Assembly: GCA_964499685.1 (NCBI GenBank)
Contig: CAZCLW010000003.1
Coordinates: 16,042-80,041, forward strand
Direction: 5' to 3'
Origin: an uncultured Planctomycetales bacterium
GTDB taxonomy: Bacteria; Omnitrophota; Gorgyraeia; Zapsychrales; GWA2-47-8
Length of the DNA stretch: 64,000 nt
The notes beneath the pieces are model-generated. The model made no database searches. It was given only the letters and a program-made list of their open reading frames with translations, and was not told where the DNA came from. A program made the translations under genes and the position numbers. Shown in pieces: positions 47,858 through 58,653 of this stretch; position 1 is the first letter of the stretch; each line of letters opens with the position of its first letter.

Positions 47858-50800
47858 ATGGATCCGTTTTTACCTAAAAAACAAGGATTATATAACCCGC
47901 AATTTGAGCACGACAGTTGCGGTGTCGGTTTTATTGTCAATATAAAGGGCAAAAAGTCGCACGACATTGTCCGTAACGGCCTTAAGATCCTGGAAAATTT
48001 GACCCATCGCGGCGCCTGCGGCTGCGATCCCGAGACCGGTGACGGAGCCGGTATCATGGTGCAAATGCCGGATGCGTTCCTGCGCAAGGAATGTGCCAAG
48101 CTCAATATCACGCTGCCGCCGGAAGGCCAGTACGGCGCGGGTATTGTCTTTTTGCCGCCCAATCCCGCCGACCGCAATGTTATGGAGGAGTGGACGGAAC
48201 ACATCATCCATGAGGAAGGGCAGAAGTTCCTCGGCTGGCGCGAAGTCCCCCATGATCCCAATAAGATCGGTAAAGTCGCCCGTTCGGTCATGCCGGAATT
48301 CAAGCAGCTCTTTATCGCCAAGGGTAGAAACACAAAGCCAGAAGAGTTTGAACAGAAACTCTATGTCATCCGCAAACGGCTTTACAACAAGGTCCAGCAG
48401 TCTACTCTAAATCAAAAGAATTATTATTATTTCTGCAGCCTTTCCTCAAAGACGCTCGTTTACAAGGGGCAGCTGATGGCGGAGCAGGTGGACCGTTTCT
48501 TTCCCGACCTGGCGGATCCGGCCATGGTTTCCGCCTTGGCCATGATCCACTCGCGTTACAGCACGAACACTTTTCCGACGTGGGCCCTGGCGCACCCTTA
48601 CCGCATGATCGCGCACAATGGCGAGATCAATACATTGCGCGGGAATATCAACTGGATGCACGCGCGCGAAAAACAATTTTCCACACCGGCTTTCGGCAAA
48701 GACATTCAAAAGATCCTTCCCATTGTTGTGCCGCACGGAAGCGATACCGCGACGTTCGACAATGTTTTAGAGATGCTGGTCTTAAGCGGACGTACGCTGC
48801 CGCATGCGGTCTTGATGATGATCCCCGAAGCCTGGAGCGGCCATGAGAGTATGCCGGAAGAAAAAAAGGCTTTTTACGAATATCATTCCTGCATCATGGA
48901 GCCGTGGGACGGTCCGGCATGCATCGCATTTTCCGACGGACGCTATATCGGTGCGGTCCTGGACAGGAACGGCCTGCGCCCGTCGCGTTTTTGCATCACG
49001 AACGACGATACCGTCATTCTGGCTTCAGAAACCGGTGTCCTGGAAGTCCCGCCGCAAAATGTCCTTCAAAAGGGACGCTTGCAGCCGGGCAAGATGTTTC
49101 TCGTCGACACTCGGGAAGGCCGCATTATCGATGACGCTGAGCTTAAACATACTTATGCCTCCCGCAAACCGTACGGTCAGTGGATCAAAGAGAATGTCGT
49201 TGATCTCAAAGATCTGGCCGAGCCCAAAAAGGTCCATGGCCTGGACCAAGAGACCTTGCTGGATCGTCAGCGCGCCTTCGGTTATACCCTGGAAGATCTG
49301 AAGATCCTTATGCAGCCGATGGCTGTCAACGGCGAAGAGGCGGTTGGTTCCATGGGGGCGGACACGCCGCTCGCCGTCTTAAGCTACCGTCCGCAGCTTT
49401 TGTTCAATTATTTCAAGCAATTGTTCGCGCAGGTCACGAATCCGCCCGTCGATGCGATCCGAGAAGAGGTCATCATGGCGGAGAATGTAATGCTCGGTGC
49501 GGAAGGGAATCTTTTGGACGAAGCCCCTGAGCATTGCCACCGCCTGCGGCTTCCCCGGCCTATTTTGAGCAATAAAGAACTGGAGAAGATTCGTCATGTC
49601 TATCAGGGAAATTTAAGGGCGACTACTCTTTCGACGGTCTTCAGCAAGTCCGACGGGACCAAAGGTTTGACCGAGGCCCTGGAAGACCTGTGTAAAGCCG
49701 CTGACCGGGCGATCAAACGGGGCTATTCCATCCTGGTCCTTTCGGACCGCAAGGTGAACAAGAATAACGTCCCGATGCCGTCGCTGTTGGCCTGCTCTGG
49801 GTTGCATCATCACTTGATCCGCCAGGGAACACGCACCAAGGTGAGCATTGTCGTTGAGACCGGCGAGGCGCGGGAGATGCATCATTTTGCCGTTTTGATC
49901 GGTTACGGCGCCAATGCCATCAATCCTTATCTGGCGCTGGAGACGATCGAAGCGGAAATAAAGCGCGGGGTTTATCCGCCGGAAGTCACGTATAAGGAAG
50001 CGGAAAAGAATTATCTTAAGTCCACCCGTAAGGGGCTGTTCAAGATCATTTCCAAGATGGGCATTTCCACCATCCAGTCGTATTGTGGGGCGCAGATCTT
50101 CGAAGCGGTCGGTCTGGGTGAAGAATTCATCGCTAAGTATTTTACCGCCACGCCTTCGCGTATCGGCGGCGTGGGCATAGAAACGATCGCCGAAGAAATG
50201 CTGCGCCGTCATGAACAGGCTTATCCGGCCTACAATGTGTACGATCAAATGCTGGATGAAGGCGGCGATTACCACTGGCGCCGCGACGGAGAGCATCATC
50301 AGCTCAATCCGCAGACCATCGCCATGCTGCAGCATTCGGTGCGCAGCAATGATTACAATATTTACAAAAAATATGCCTCGCTGGTCAACAACCAGTCGAC
50401 GAATTTAGCCAATATCCGCGGCCTGCTTAAATTCAAGAAAGGAAATCCCATTCCGCTTGAGGAAGTCGAGCCGACGGCCAACATCGTTAAGCGCTTCGCG
50501 ACAGGCGCGATGAGCTACGGTTCGATCTCGAAAGAAACGCATGAGACCCTGGCGATCGCGATGAACCGTTTGGGCGGGTTTTCGAACACCGGGGAAGGCG
50601 GCGAGGACCCCGAGCGTTTTAAGCGCGACCCGAACGGCGATTGGAGAAGGAGCCGCATCAAGCAAGTCGCCCAGGGACGCTTTGGCGTGACGATTGAATA
50701 TTTGGTCAATGCTGATCAGCTGCAGATCAAGATGGCCCAGGGCGCCAAGCCCGGCGAAGGCGGCCAGCTTCCCGGACATAAAGTCTCCAAAGAGATCGCT

Positions 50801-52396
50801 AAGACGCGGTATACGACACCGGGCGTCCAGCTTATTTCTCCTCCGCCGCATCACGATATTTATTCCATCGAGGATCTGGCCCAACTTATCCATGACCTTA
50901 AGAATTCCAACCCGAAAGCGGATGTGAGCGTCAAGCTTGTCTCCGAGATCGGGGTGGGTACGATTGCCGCCGGTGTTTCCAAAGGGAAGGCGGATCATGT
51001 TCTGATCAGCGGTTTCGAAGGCGGAACCGGTGCTTCGCCGCAAACCTCCATCAAGCACGCGGGGCTGCCCATGGAACTGGGCATTGCCGAAACGCAGCAG
51101 GTCCTGGTCATGAACGATCTGCGCGGCCGCATCCGCGTGCAGACCGACGGCCAATTAAAGACCGGGCGCGATGTCGTTATCGCCGGGATGCTCGGCGCGG
51201 ATGAATTCGGTTTCTCGACGGTGCCTTTGGTCACTATGGGATGCATTTTGCTGCGCAAATGCCATTTGAACACCTGCTCGGTCGGTATCGCGACCCAAGA
51301 TCCGGAATTAAGGAAAAAATTCGCCGGTAAACCGGAGTATGTGGTCAACTTTTTTACTTTTATTGCCCAGGAAGTGCGCGAGATCATGGCCGAGCTTGGT
51401 TTCCGTAAATTCGATGATCTGGTCGGGCGCGTGGATATGCTGGAGACCCAGGATGTCATCGATCATTGGAAGGCTAAGGGCTTGGATTTGACGAATATTT
51501 TGCACAAACCGGATGTGCCGCCGCATATCGCTATCCATCATGTTGACCGTCAAGATCATGGGTTGGAAAAGGCCCTAGACAATCAACTTATCGAAAAATG
51601 CAAGCCGGCCCTGGAAAACAAGACGCCGGTCAAGTTCGATTGCGTTATCAAAAATATAAACCGTACCGTCGGGACTATGCTGAGCTCCGAACTGGCCCGG
51701 CGTTACGGACTGGCCGGCCTGCCGCAAGATACGATCCAGGTCAGTTTCAAGGGGTCAGCCGGGCAGAGCTTCGGCGCGTTTCTGGCGCACGGCATTACCT
51801 TCCGGCTCGAAGGTGACGCGAATGATTATGTCGGGAAAGGTTTATCCGGCGGACGAGTGATCATTTATCCGCCCAAGGAATCGCCTTTTGTCCCGGAAGA
51901 GAACATCCTTGTCGGCAACGTCGTTTTATACGGTGCTATTTGCGGCGAGGCGTATTATAGGGGTTTGGCCGGTGAACGTTTTGCCGTGCGCAACAGTGGC
52001 GCGCATACGGTCGTTGAGGGCGTGGGCGATCACGGCTGCGAATACATGACCGGCGGCCGCGTGGTTGTCCTTGGTCCGACGGGGCGTAATTTTGCGGCCG
52101 GCATGAGCGGCGGCCTCGCGTATGTGTTTAACGAAGACGGCAAATTCGCCACCCGATGCAACATGGGAATGGTCGACCTTTTTGCCGTGGAACAGAAAAG
52201 CGACATCGAAGAATTACGCGCCTTGATCGAAAACCATGCGCAGTATACCGGAAGTCCGGTCGCCAAGAAGATCTTGGATAACTGGAATAAAACCTTGCCT
52301 AAGTTCGTCAAGGTCTATCCGCGTGATTACCGGCGGGTCCTTGAAGAATCTCAAGCGATAACCAAATCAGAAGGCGAGATGGTGGGGCACAAGTAA
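47858..52396 (+). CDS. gltB: glutamate synthase large subunit
   Basis: 1512 aa. N-terminal Ntn amidotransferase Cys1 (CGVGF), FMN and 3Fe-4S central domains, C-terminal GXGXG beta-helix domain. Confidence 0.95.
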   Translation: MDPFLPKKQGLYNPQFEHDSCGVGFIVNIKGKKSHDIVRNGLKILENLTHRGACGCDPETGDGAGIMVQMPDAFLRKECAKLNITLPPEGQYGAGIVFLPPNPADRNVMEEWTEHIIHEEGQKFLGWREVPHDPNKIGKVARSVMPEFKQLFIAKGRNTKPEEFEQKLYVIRKRLYNKVQQSTLNQKNYYYFCSLSSKTLVYKGQLMAEQVDRFFPDLADPAMVSALAMIHSRYSTNTFPTWALAHPYRMIAHNGEINTLRGNINWMHAREKQFSTPAFGKDIQKILPIVVPHGSDTATFDNVLEMLVLSGRTLPHAVLMMIPEAWSGHESMPEEKKAFYEYHSCIMEPWDGPACIAFSDGRYIGAVLDRNGLRPSRFCITNDDTVILASETGVLEVPPQNVLQKGRLQPGKMFLVDTREGRIIDDAELKHTYASRKPYGQWIKENVVDLKDLAEPKKVHGLDQETLLDRQRAFGYTLEDLKILMQPMAVNGEEAVGSMGADTPLAVLSYRPQLLFNYFKQLFAQVTNPPVDAIREEVIMAENVMLGAEGNLLDEAPEHCHRLRLPRPILSNKELEKIRHVYQGNLRATTLSTVFSKSDGTKGLTEALEDLCKAADRAIKRGYSILVLSDRKVNKNNVPMPSLLACSGLHHHLIRQGTRTKVSIVVETGEAREMHHFAVLIGYGANAINPYLALETIEAEIKRGVYPPEVTYKEAEKNYLKSTRKGLFKIISKMGISTIQSYCGAQIFEAVGLGEEFIAKYFTATPSRIGGVGIETIAEEMLRRHEQAYPAYNVYDQMLDEGGDYHWRRDGEHHQLNPQTIAMLQHSVRSNDYNIYKKYASLVNNQSTNLANIRGLLKFKKGNPIPLEEVEPTANIVKRFATGAMSYGSISKETHETLAIAMNRLGGFSNTGEGGEDPERFKRDPNGDWRRSRIKQVAQGRFGVTIEYLVNADQLQIKMAQGAKPGEGGQLPGHKVSKEIAKTRYTTPGVQLISPPPHHDIYSIEDLAQLIHDLKNSNPKADVSVKLVSEIGVGTIAAGVSKGKADHVLISGFEGGTGASPQTSIKHAGLPMELGIAETQQVLVMNDLRGRIRVQTDGQLKTGRDVVIAGMLGADEFGFSTVPLVTMGCILLRKCHLNTCSVGIATQDPELRKKFAGKPEYVVNFFTFIAQEVREIMAELGFRKFDDLVGRVDMLETQDVIDHWKAKGLDLTNILHKPDVPPHIAIHHVDRQDHGLEKALDNQLIEKCKPALENKTPVKFDCVIKNINRTVGTMLSSELARRYGLAGLPQDTIQVSFKGSAGQSFGAFLAHGITFRLEGDANDYVGKGLSGGRVIIYPPKESPFVPEENILVGNVVLYGAICGEAYYRGLAGERFAVRNSGAHTVVEGVGDHGCEYMTGGRVVVLGPTGRNFAAGMSGGLAYVFNEDGKFATRCNMGMVDLFAVEQKSDIEELRALIENHAQYTGSPVAKKILDNWNKTLPKFVKVYPRDYRRVLEESQAITKSEGEMVGHK

Positions 52397-53844
52397 TGGG
52401 TGACGTTAAAGGGTTCATGAAATACGACAGGAAAGATTTCAAGAAAGAACCTGTCCAAGAACGCGTTAAGCACTGGAAAGAGTTTTACCTGGAGATGACC
52501 CAGGAGGAACTGCAAAAGCAGGGCGCCCGCTGCATGGACTGCGGGGTACCATTCTGCCAGTCCGGCTGTCCTATCGGCAACATCATCCCCGACTGGAATG
52601 ACCTCATCTATCGCGACCGCTGGCAGGAGGCCATCGAGCGCCTGCATAAGACCAACAACTTCCCGGAATTCACCGGCCGCGTCTGTCCGGCTCCGTGCGA
52701 AAATGCCTGCGTTCTGGCCATCAATCAGCCGGCCGTTACGATCAAGAACATCGAGGTTTCCATCGTCGAGCACGCCTATAATAAAGGTTGGATCCAGCCC
52801 AATCCGCCCAAACACCGCACGAAAAGTAAAATTGCCGTTATTGGCTCCGGCCCTGCGGGCTTGGCCTGCGCTGACCAGTTGAACAAAATGGGTCACCGCG
52901 TGACGGTTTATGAAAAAAATGAAGCGATCGGCGGTCTGCTTGTTCTGGGGATCCCGGACTTCAAGATGGAAAAATGGGTCGTTGAGCGCCGCGTCAAGCG
53001 CATGGAAGAAGAAGGCGTTAAATTCAAGACCAAGATCAATGTGGGCGTTGATATTTCCGCCCAAGAACTGACCAAAAAATATGACGCGGTCGTTTTGGCC
53101 GGCGGCGCCGAACAGCCGCGCGATATCCCCATACCCGGACGGGAATTACAAGGTATTCATTTTGCCATGACGTATTTGACCCAGCAGAACCGTCTGAATA
53201 TGGGACAAAAGCTCGATCCTCAAGAACGGATCAGCGCCGAAAGAAAGAAAGTGGTCGTTTTAGGCGGCGGCGATACCGGTTCCGACTGTATCGGGACCGC
53301 CAACCGTCAGGGCGCGGTTTCCGTGACCAATTTTGAATTGATGCCCCGCCCGCCCAAAGAGCGGGCCAACGATAATCCTTGGCCGAATTGGGCCTTTATC
53401 GAACGCACCTCCACTTCGCATGAAGAAGGGGTCGCGCGGGATTATGCCATTATGACCAAAAAGTTCTCCGGCGAAAACGGAGTGGTCAAAAAATTGCATG
53501 CCGTGCGCCTGGAATTCGGCCCCAAGGATCCCAAGACCGGCCGCAGTGAAATGAAAGAAGTCCCGGGTTCGGAATTTGTTGTCGAAGCTGATCTGGTTTT
53601 GTTGGCGCTGGGATTCTTAGGTCCGGTCAAAAAAGGCATGATTGAGCAGCTGGGTATTGCCCTGGATGAGCGCGGCAATGTCAAGACCGACAAGGATTGC
53701 ATGAGCAGTGTTCCGGGCGTTTTTGCCGCCGGTGATATGCGCCGGGGGCAGTCCCTGGTGGTCTGGGCCATTAATGAAGGACGAAAAGCCGCCGAAGGTG
53801 TTAACCGGTATCTGGCGAGTGCTGTTGTAGCGGAAAAAAAATAA
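52396..53844 (+). CDS. gltD: glutamate synthase small subunit (NADPH)
   Basis: 4Fe-4S cysteine clusters (CMDCGVPFCQSGCP; CPAPCENAC) and FAD/NADPH Rossmann motifs (VIGSGPAGLA; VLGGGDTGSD). Confidence 0.9.
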   Translation: MGDVKGFMKYDRKDFKKEPVQERVKHWKEFYLEMTQEELQKQGARCMDCGVPFCQSGCPIGNIIPDWNDLIYRDRWQEAIERLHKTNNFPEFTGRVCPAPCENACVLAINQPAVTIKNIEVSIVEHAYNKGWIQPNPPKHRTKSKIAVIGSGPAGLACADQLNKMGHRVTVYEKNEAIGGLLVLGIPDFKMEKWVVERRVKRMEEEGVKFKTKINVGVDISAQELTKKYDAVVLAGGAEQPRDIPIPGRELQGIHFAMTYLTQQNRLNMGQKLDPQERISAERKKVVVLGGGDTGSDCIGTANRQGAVSVTNFELMPRPPKERANDNPWPNWAFIERTSTSHEEGVARDYAIMTKKFSGENGVVKKLHAVRLEFGPKDPKTGRSEMKEVPGSEFVVEADLVLLALGFLGPVKKGMIEQLGIALDERGNVKTDKDCMSSVPGVFAAGDMRRGQSLVVWAINEGRKAAEGVNRYLASAVVAEKK

Positions 53845-53876
53845 TGACGACCAACCTTGAGCGAAGGGGGAAAGTT

Positions 53877-54383
53877 ATGAATAAAATGTTCATTCTGGCA
53901 GGACTGATATTTTTGATAGGATGCGGTCAAACGGAAGAGCCTTCCCAGCAAAGCCAAGCCATGCCGGCGGCCCAAGCTCCGGTCAGCGTCGTCGGGGAAA
54001 ACAGAGAAACAGCCTCCGACCGGCTCATTGAAGAAGGCAAAGAAGACCTGGAGAGCGGAGAGATCCTTTCCGCCATCCAGAATTTTGATGAAGCCATCCG
54101 CCGCGACCCCCGCGATCCGGGCAATTATATGGTCCTGGGAGAGACTTATCTCCATCTTAAAAATTATGATAAAGCCATCGATACGTTTTCAGCGGTATTG
54201 ATGTTCGAGCCGGAAAACGGCCCTGCCCATTACATGCTGGCCTTAGCCTATAATTTCCGCGGTGACAAAGATCAGGCCATCCAGCATGCCCAAAAGAGCA
54301 CACAGATCTTCCAGGATGCCGAAGATCTGGATAATTTTCGCAAGTCACTTGTTCTGCTGCAAGGATTGACACAGGCTCAATAA
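53877..54383 (+). CDS. TPR-repeat lipoprotein
   Basis: Lipobox LIGCGQ. Three TPR-like repeats (…NYMVLGETYLHLKNYDKAIDTFSAVL…). Start could alternatively be 53844. Confidence 0.5.
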   Translation: MNKMFILAGLIFLIGCGQTEEPSQQSQAMPAAQAPVSVVGENRETASDRLIEEGKEDLESGEILSAIQNFDEAIRRDPRDPGNYMVLGETYLHLKNYDKAIDTFSAVLMFEPENGPAHYMLALAYNFRGDKDQAIQHAQKSTQIFQDAEDLDNFRKSLVLLQGLTQAQ

Positions 54384-54432
54384 TCCGCGGCGTATCCGTT
54401 TTCGGGGTTGATTTTCCCTCCAGGAGGCCTAT

Positions 54433-55926
54433 TTGAGTAAACGGTATATTCTGTCCATCGACCAGGGTACCACGGGTTCGAGAGTTTTTATTTTTAACGA
54501 TCAAGGCAAGATCGTCTCCAGCGCCTACCGGGAATTCAGGCAATATTTCCCCAAACCCGGATGGGTCGAGCATGACGCTCAGGAGATCTGGCAGTCCTGC
54601 GTTGATGTCATCTGTTCGGCGATCAAGCGCGGCAAAATCTCTGCTTCTCAAATAGCCGCCATCGGCATCACCAATCAGCGCGAAACAACCATTCTTTGGG
54701 ACAGAAAAACCTCCCAACCCATTCATCATGCCATCGTCTGGCAATGCCGGCGTACCGCGGCTTTTTGTGCGAGCCGATCATTACAATCTAAAAAAGGACT
54801 TTTCCGCCGGAAAACAGGCCTTGTTCTGGACGCTTACTTCTCCGGCACCAAAATAAAATGGCTTCTCGATCAAGTCCCGGGCGCGCGTCAAAAAGCCAAA
54901 CAGGGAAAGATCTGTTTCGGCACCGTGGACAGCTGGCTGATCTGGAAATTGACCGGAGGAAAAGCGCATGTGACGGACATGACTAATGCCTCACGCACGC
55001 TTTTGTTCAATATCCGCAGCAAACAATGGGACAATGAACTGCTCAAAATCCTCAATGTTCCCAAAAATATTTTACCCAAAGTCCTCAAATCCGGCGCCTT
55101 GTTCGGACACACCGCCAAGAACGTGGCCGGCCTGCCGCCGGGTATTCCCATTATGGCGGTCATGGGCGATCAGCAGGCGGCCCTTTATGGACAAGGGTGT
55201 CATGAGCCGGGAACCAGTAAAAATACCTACGGCACGGGCTGTTTTCTTGTTGTTAATACGGGAAAGAAGTTGATCTATTCCCAAAAAGGTCTTTTGACGA
55301 CGATCGCTGCCGATGAAAACGGCGATCCGGTCTACGCGATGGAAGGCGCGATCTTCATTGCGGGCGCGGTCATTCAGTGGGTGCGTGACCAGCTGGGTTT
55401 CATCAAGAATTCCGCCGATTCCCAGAAGTTCATCAAAGGCCTGAAAGATACGAACGGTGTTTATCTCGTCCCCGCCTTTGTCGGTTTGGGGGCGCCATAC
55501 TGGGACGGTCAGGCGCGCGGAATCATTTGCGGATTGACGCGCGGGGCCAACGCCCGGCATATTGTCCGCGCGGCCCTGGAATCGATCGCTTATCAGACCA
55601 AGGATGTGTTTGATATCATGCAGAAGGAATTCGGCCGCACCATCCGGGATCTCAAGGTCGACGGCGGCGCGTGTAAAAATGATTTCTTGATGCAGTTCCA
55701 GGCCGATGTGCTCAACTGCCGGATCATCCGCCCGGTGATGACCGAATCCACGGCGCAAGGCGTTGCCTATTTGGCCGGAAAAAAGACAGGCCTCTGGAAG
55801 CATAACGACCTGCGGAAACTTCAGAAGGTCGAAAAGACGTTCTTTCCGCGCATGGATAATTCCACCCGTGCCGGACTTTACAGTGGCTGGCTGAAAGCGG
55901 TCGCCAAAGCCCAAACCCATTCTTAA
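54433..55926 (+). CDS. glpK: glycerol kinase (TTG start)
   Basis: ILSIDQGTTGSRVFIF…GTGCF…GGGACKN FGGY-family motifs. RBS CAGGAGG. Confidence 0.9.
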   Translation: MSKRYILSIDQGTTGSRVFIFNDQGKIVSSAYREFRQYFPKPGWVEHDAQEIWQSCVDVICSAIKRGKISASQIAAIGITNQRETTILWDRKTSQPIHHAIVWQCRRTAAFCASRSLQSKKGLFRRKTGLVLDAYFSGTKIKWLLDQVPGARQKAKQGKICFGTVDSWLIWKLTGGKAHVTDMTNASRTLLFNIRSKQWDNELLKILNVPKNILPKVLKSGALFGHTAKNVAGLPPGIPIMAVMGDQQAALYGQGCHEPGTSKNTYGTGCFLVVNTGKKLIYSQKGLLTTIAADENGDPVYAMEGAIFIAGAVIQWVRDQLGFIKNSADSQKFIKGLKDTNGVYLVPAFVGLGAPYWDGQARGIICGLTRGANARHIVRAALESIAYQTKDVFDIMQKEFGRTIRDLKVDGGACKNDFLMQFQADVLNCRIIRPVMTESTAQGVAYLAGKKTGLWKHNDLRKLQKVEKTFFPRMDNSTRAGLYSGWLKAVAKAQTHS

Positions 55927-55927
55927 T

Positions 55928-57439
55928 ATGCTTCGTGACATTAAACGTTTATCCAAGCGGGAATATGATCTGCTGGTCATCGGCGGCGGCATCAACGGTG
56001 CTGCCATCGCGCATTTGGCGGCCCAGGCCGGCCTAAAAGTCGCTTTGCTCGAAAAAGGCGATTTCGGTGCCGGCACTTCGACAAAGACAACAAAATTGAT
56101 GCACGGGGGGCTTCGATATCTGGAGAATTTTGAGTTCGGCCTTGTCCGCGAGGCCCTGCATGAACGCACCCTTCACCTTAAAGTCGTTCCTTATCTCGTC
56201 AAGCCGTTAAAATTCATCATCCCTGTTTACAAAAGAGAAGGCCGTCCGCTTTGGATGATCAGATTCGGCGTTTGGCTTTATGACCTTTTATGCGGCAAAC
56301 AGATCATCCAGAAGCACCAGAAACTGACTTATCAGGAAGTTCTCGATGCCGCGCCGGGCATAAAGAGCGAAGGCTTGATGGGCGGAGTGGCCTACTATGA
56401 TGCTCAGATGGATGATGCCCGTGTGTGTTTGGAAAATGTCCTGATGGCCCAAAGCAAGGGTGCCCATGTGGCCAATTATGTCGAGGTCAGCTCTTTCATT
56501 AAAAAAGTCGGCAAAGTCATCGGCGTTCGGGCGCGTGACCTTGTGACCAACACCCCCTTGGACGTGATGGCCCGCAAGATCGTCTGCGCCGTGGGTCCGT
56601 GGTCGAATTCAATCCTGACGCTGGATAATCCTCACACCAAACAAAAATTGCGCACCACCAAGGGCATCCATATCGTTTACCGCGGACAACTGGCTTCCGA
56701 CGCCTTGTTCATTCAGACGCATAAGTCCAGCCGGATCTTTTTTATCATCCCCTGGAAGGGAAATTCCCTGATCGGCACGACCGACACGGATTATTTAGGC
56801 CAGGCTGACCACGTAAAAGTAGGGGATGCGGATATCAAATATCTGTTTGAAGAAGCTTCCCGCATTTTCCCCGAAAGAAAATTCCAAAAAGAAGATATCA
56901 TTACCACTTTCGCGGGTTTGCGGCCGCTGGTGTATGAAGAGGGGAGCCCGTCGGAAGTTTCCCGTAAACACGTGATCCACGAATCGTTTTCTGGCGCGTT
57001 TTACGTGATGGGCGGCAAATACACAACGTACCGCCGTATCGCCATCGACTGTCTTAAGAAGATCTACGCCACCCGGTTTAATTTCGAGGAGGACTTTACG
57101 CTCTATGGCAGCGGGGAACTGCAGGATCCGATGGATGAGTTGGTGCGCGAATATGAAACGGACACGGCGACCGTGGAATACCTCAAGAATATCTACGGCA
57201 CGCACTGTCTGGATGTCCTGAAACTGGCGAAAGAGGACCCTGATCTGCGGAGGACCTTGTGCCGCTGTTCTCCGGCGATCGCCGCCCAGGCCGTGTATGC
57301 CATCCAGAACGAAATGGCGCAAAAAGTTGAAGACGTATTTTCCCGCCGGCTGGGATTGTCCTATGCGGATTGCCCGTCGAAAGAGTGCCTGCACAACATC
57401 GAGGAAATTTTCGCTAAATTCAAAAAAACATTATCCTAA
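55928..57439 (+). CDS. glpA: FAD-dependent glycerol-3-phosphate dehydrogenase
   Basis: YDLLVIGGGINGAAIA dinucleotide-binding motif. Collinear with GlpD/GlpA. Adjacent to glpK. Confidence 0.8.
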   Translation: MLRDIKRLSKREYDLLVIGGGINGAAIAHLAAQAGLKVALLEKGDFGAGTSTKTTKLMHGGLRYLENFEFGLVREALHERTLHLKVVPYLVKPLKFIIPVYKREGRPLWMIRFGVWLYDLLCGKQIIQKHQKLTYQEVLDAAPGIKSEGLMGGVAYYDAQMDDARVCLENVLMAQSKGAHVANYVEVSSFIKKVGKVIGVRARDLVTNTPLDVMARKIVCAVGPWSNSILTLDNPHTKQKLRTTKGIHIVYRGQLASDALFIQTHKSSRIFFIIPWKGNSLIGTTDTDYLGQADHVKVGDADIKYLFEEASRIFPERKFQKEDIITTFAGLRPLVYEEGSPSEVSRKHVIHESFSGAFYVMGGKYTTYRRIAIDCLKKIYATRFNFEEDFTLYGSGELQDPMDELVREYETDTATVEYLKNIYGTHCLDVLKLAKEDPDLRRTLCRCSPAIAAQAVYAIQNEMAQKVEDVFSRRLGLSYADCPSKECLHNIEEIFAKFKKTLS

Positions 57440-57455
57440 CGGCCCAAAATTCACG

Positions 57456-57484
57456 TTGACAAAAGAGGGTTATGCCGATATATT
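57456..57484 (+). promoter_or_regulatory. sigma70-like promoter TTGACA-N17-TATATT upstream of carA
   Basis: Consensus hexamers read directly about 70 nt upstream of carA. Confidence 0.45.
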
Positions 57485-57555
57485 ATTCCAGGCTTCAGTA
57501 GTTACTATCTCGCCCAAGAACATCATTCCCAGTTTAAAAAGTTCGCCAAGGTTGC

Positions 57556-58653
57556 ATGAAAGATGCGATTCTATATTTGGAAGACGGCACAAGCTTTCTA
57601 GGCCGATCGCTTGCTGCCACCGGAGAAACTGCAGGAGAAGTTGTCTTTAATACCGCCATGAGCGGTTATCAGGAGATCCTCACCGACCCTTCCTACGCCG
57701 GCCAGATCGTTGTGATGACCTACCCCTTGATCGGCAACTACGGCGTCAACGAAGAAGATGTTGAATCCAAGGGCATCCACGTCAAAGGCTTTGTCGTCAA
57801 AGAATTCTGCCGGCGCCATTCCAATTTCCGCGCCACCAAAAGCCTGACCGCATACCTCAATGAACGCAATATCATCGCCATCGAAGGGGTGGATACCCGT
57901 GCCCTGACCCGTCATCTGCGTCTGCACGGGGCCATGAAGGCGATCATCTCCACCGAAGATTTCGACAAAAAGAGCTTGGCTAAAAAACTGAAGGCCGTGC
58001 CTTCCATGGAAGGCGCCGATTGGGTCAAAGAAGTCACCACTAAAGAAAAGTATGTCTGGCCGGCAGATAAGTCTTTCCCCAAGCCGAAATACAAGGTCGC
58101 GGCCATCGATTGCGGTATCAAGTTCAATATCCTGCGCATCCTGGCCAAACTGGGATGCGAGATCCATGTGTTCCCGTCCACGGCCAAACCTCAGGAAATC
58201 TTGGCCATCAATCCCGACGGGATATTCCTGTCCAACGGCCCCGGTGACCCGGCGGCGGTCACCAGCGTCATAAGCACAGCCAAGGCGCTTTTCGGAAAGA
58301 AACCGATGTTTGGCATCTGTCTGGGCCATCAGATCATCGGTCTGGCCCTGGGCGGACAGACCTATAAATTGAAGTTCGGCCATCACGGTGCCAATCATCC
58401 GGTCAAAGATATGCTGGATAATCGCATCGGTATCACGTCGCAAAATCACGGCTTTTGCGTGGATGTCAAAAGTTTTAAGGACGGTGACGTCGATATCATC
58501 GATGTGAATTTGAACGATCAGACCGCGGAAGGTTTGCGCCATAAAAAGATCCCGCTTTTTTCAGTCCAACATCATCCGGAAGCCTCGCCGGGTCCGCATG
58601 ATGCGCAGTATCTGTTCAAACATTTTGTCGCCATGATGGAGAAAAATGCCTAA
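57556..58653 (+). CDS. carA: carbamoyl-phosphate synthase small (glutaminase) subunit
   Basis: CPSase_sm N-domain plus GATase1 with GICLGHQ (Cys) and HHPE. Confidence 0.9.
   Translation: MKDAILYLEDGTSFLGRSLAATGETAGEVVFNTAMSGYQEILTDPSYAGQIVVMTYPLIGNYGVNEEDVESKGIHVKGFVVKEFCRRHSNFRATKSLTAYLNERNIIAIEGVDTRALTRHLRLHGAMKAIISTEDFDKKSLAKKLKAVPSMEGADWVKEVTTKEKYVWPADKSFPKPKYKVAAIDCGIKFNILRILAKLGCEIHVFPSTAKPQEILAINPDGIFLSNGPGDPAAVTSVISTAKALFGKKPMFGICLGHQIIGLALGGQTYKLKFGHHGANHPVKDMLDNRIGITSQNHGFCVDVKSFKDGDVDIIDVNLNDQTAEGLRHKKIPLFSVQHHPEASPGPHDAQYLFKHFVAMMEKNA

Noticed and set aside
49613-51154. 240-aa and 249-aa minus-strand ORFs inside gltB
   Set aside because: Antisense to gltB. Arg/Gly/Asp-rich shadow ORFs.
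55072-56169. 365-aa minus-strand ORF spanning the glpK/glpA junction
   Set aside because: Overlaps two well-supported plus-strand genes. Shadow ORF.
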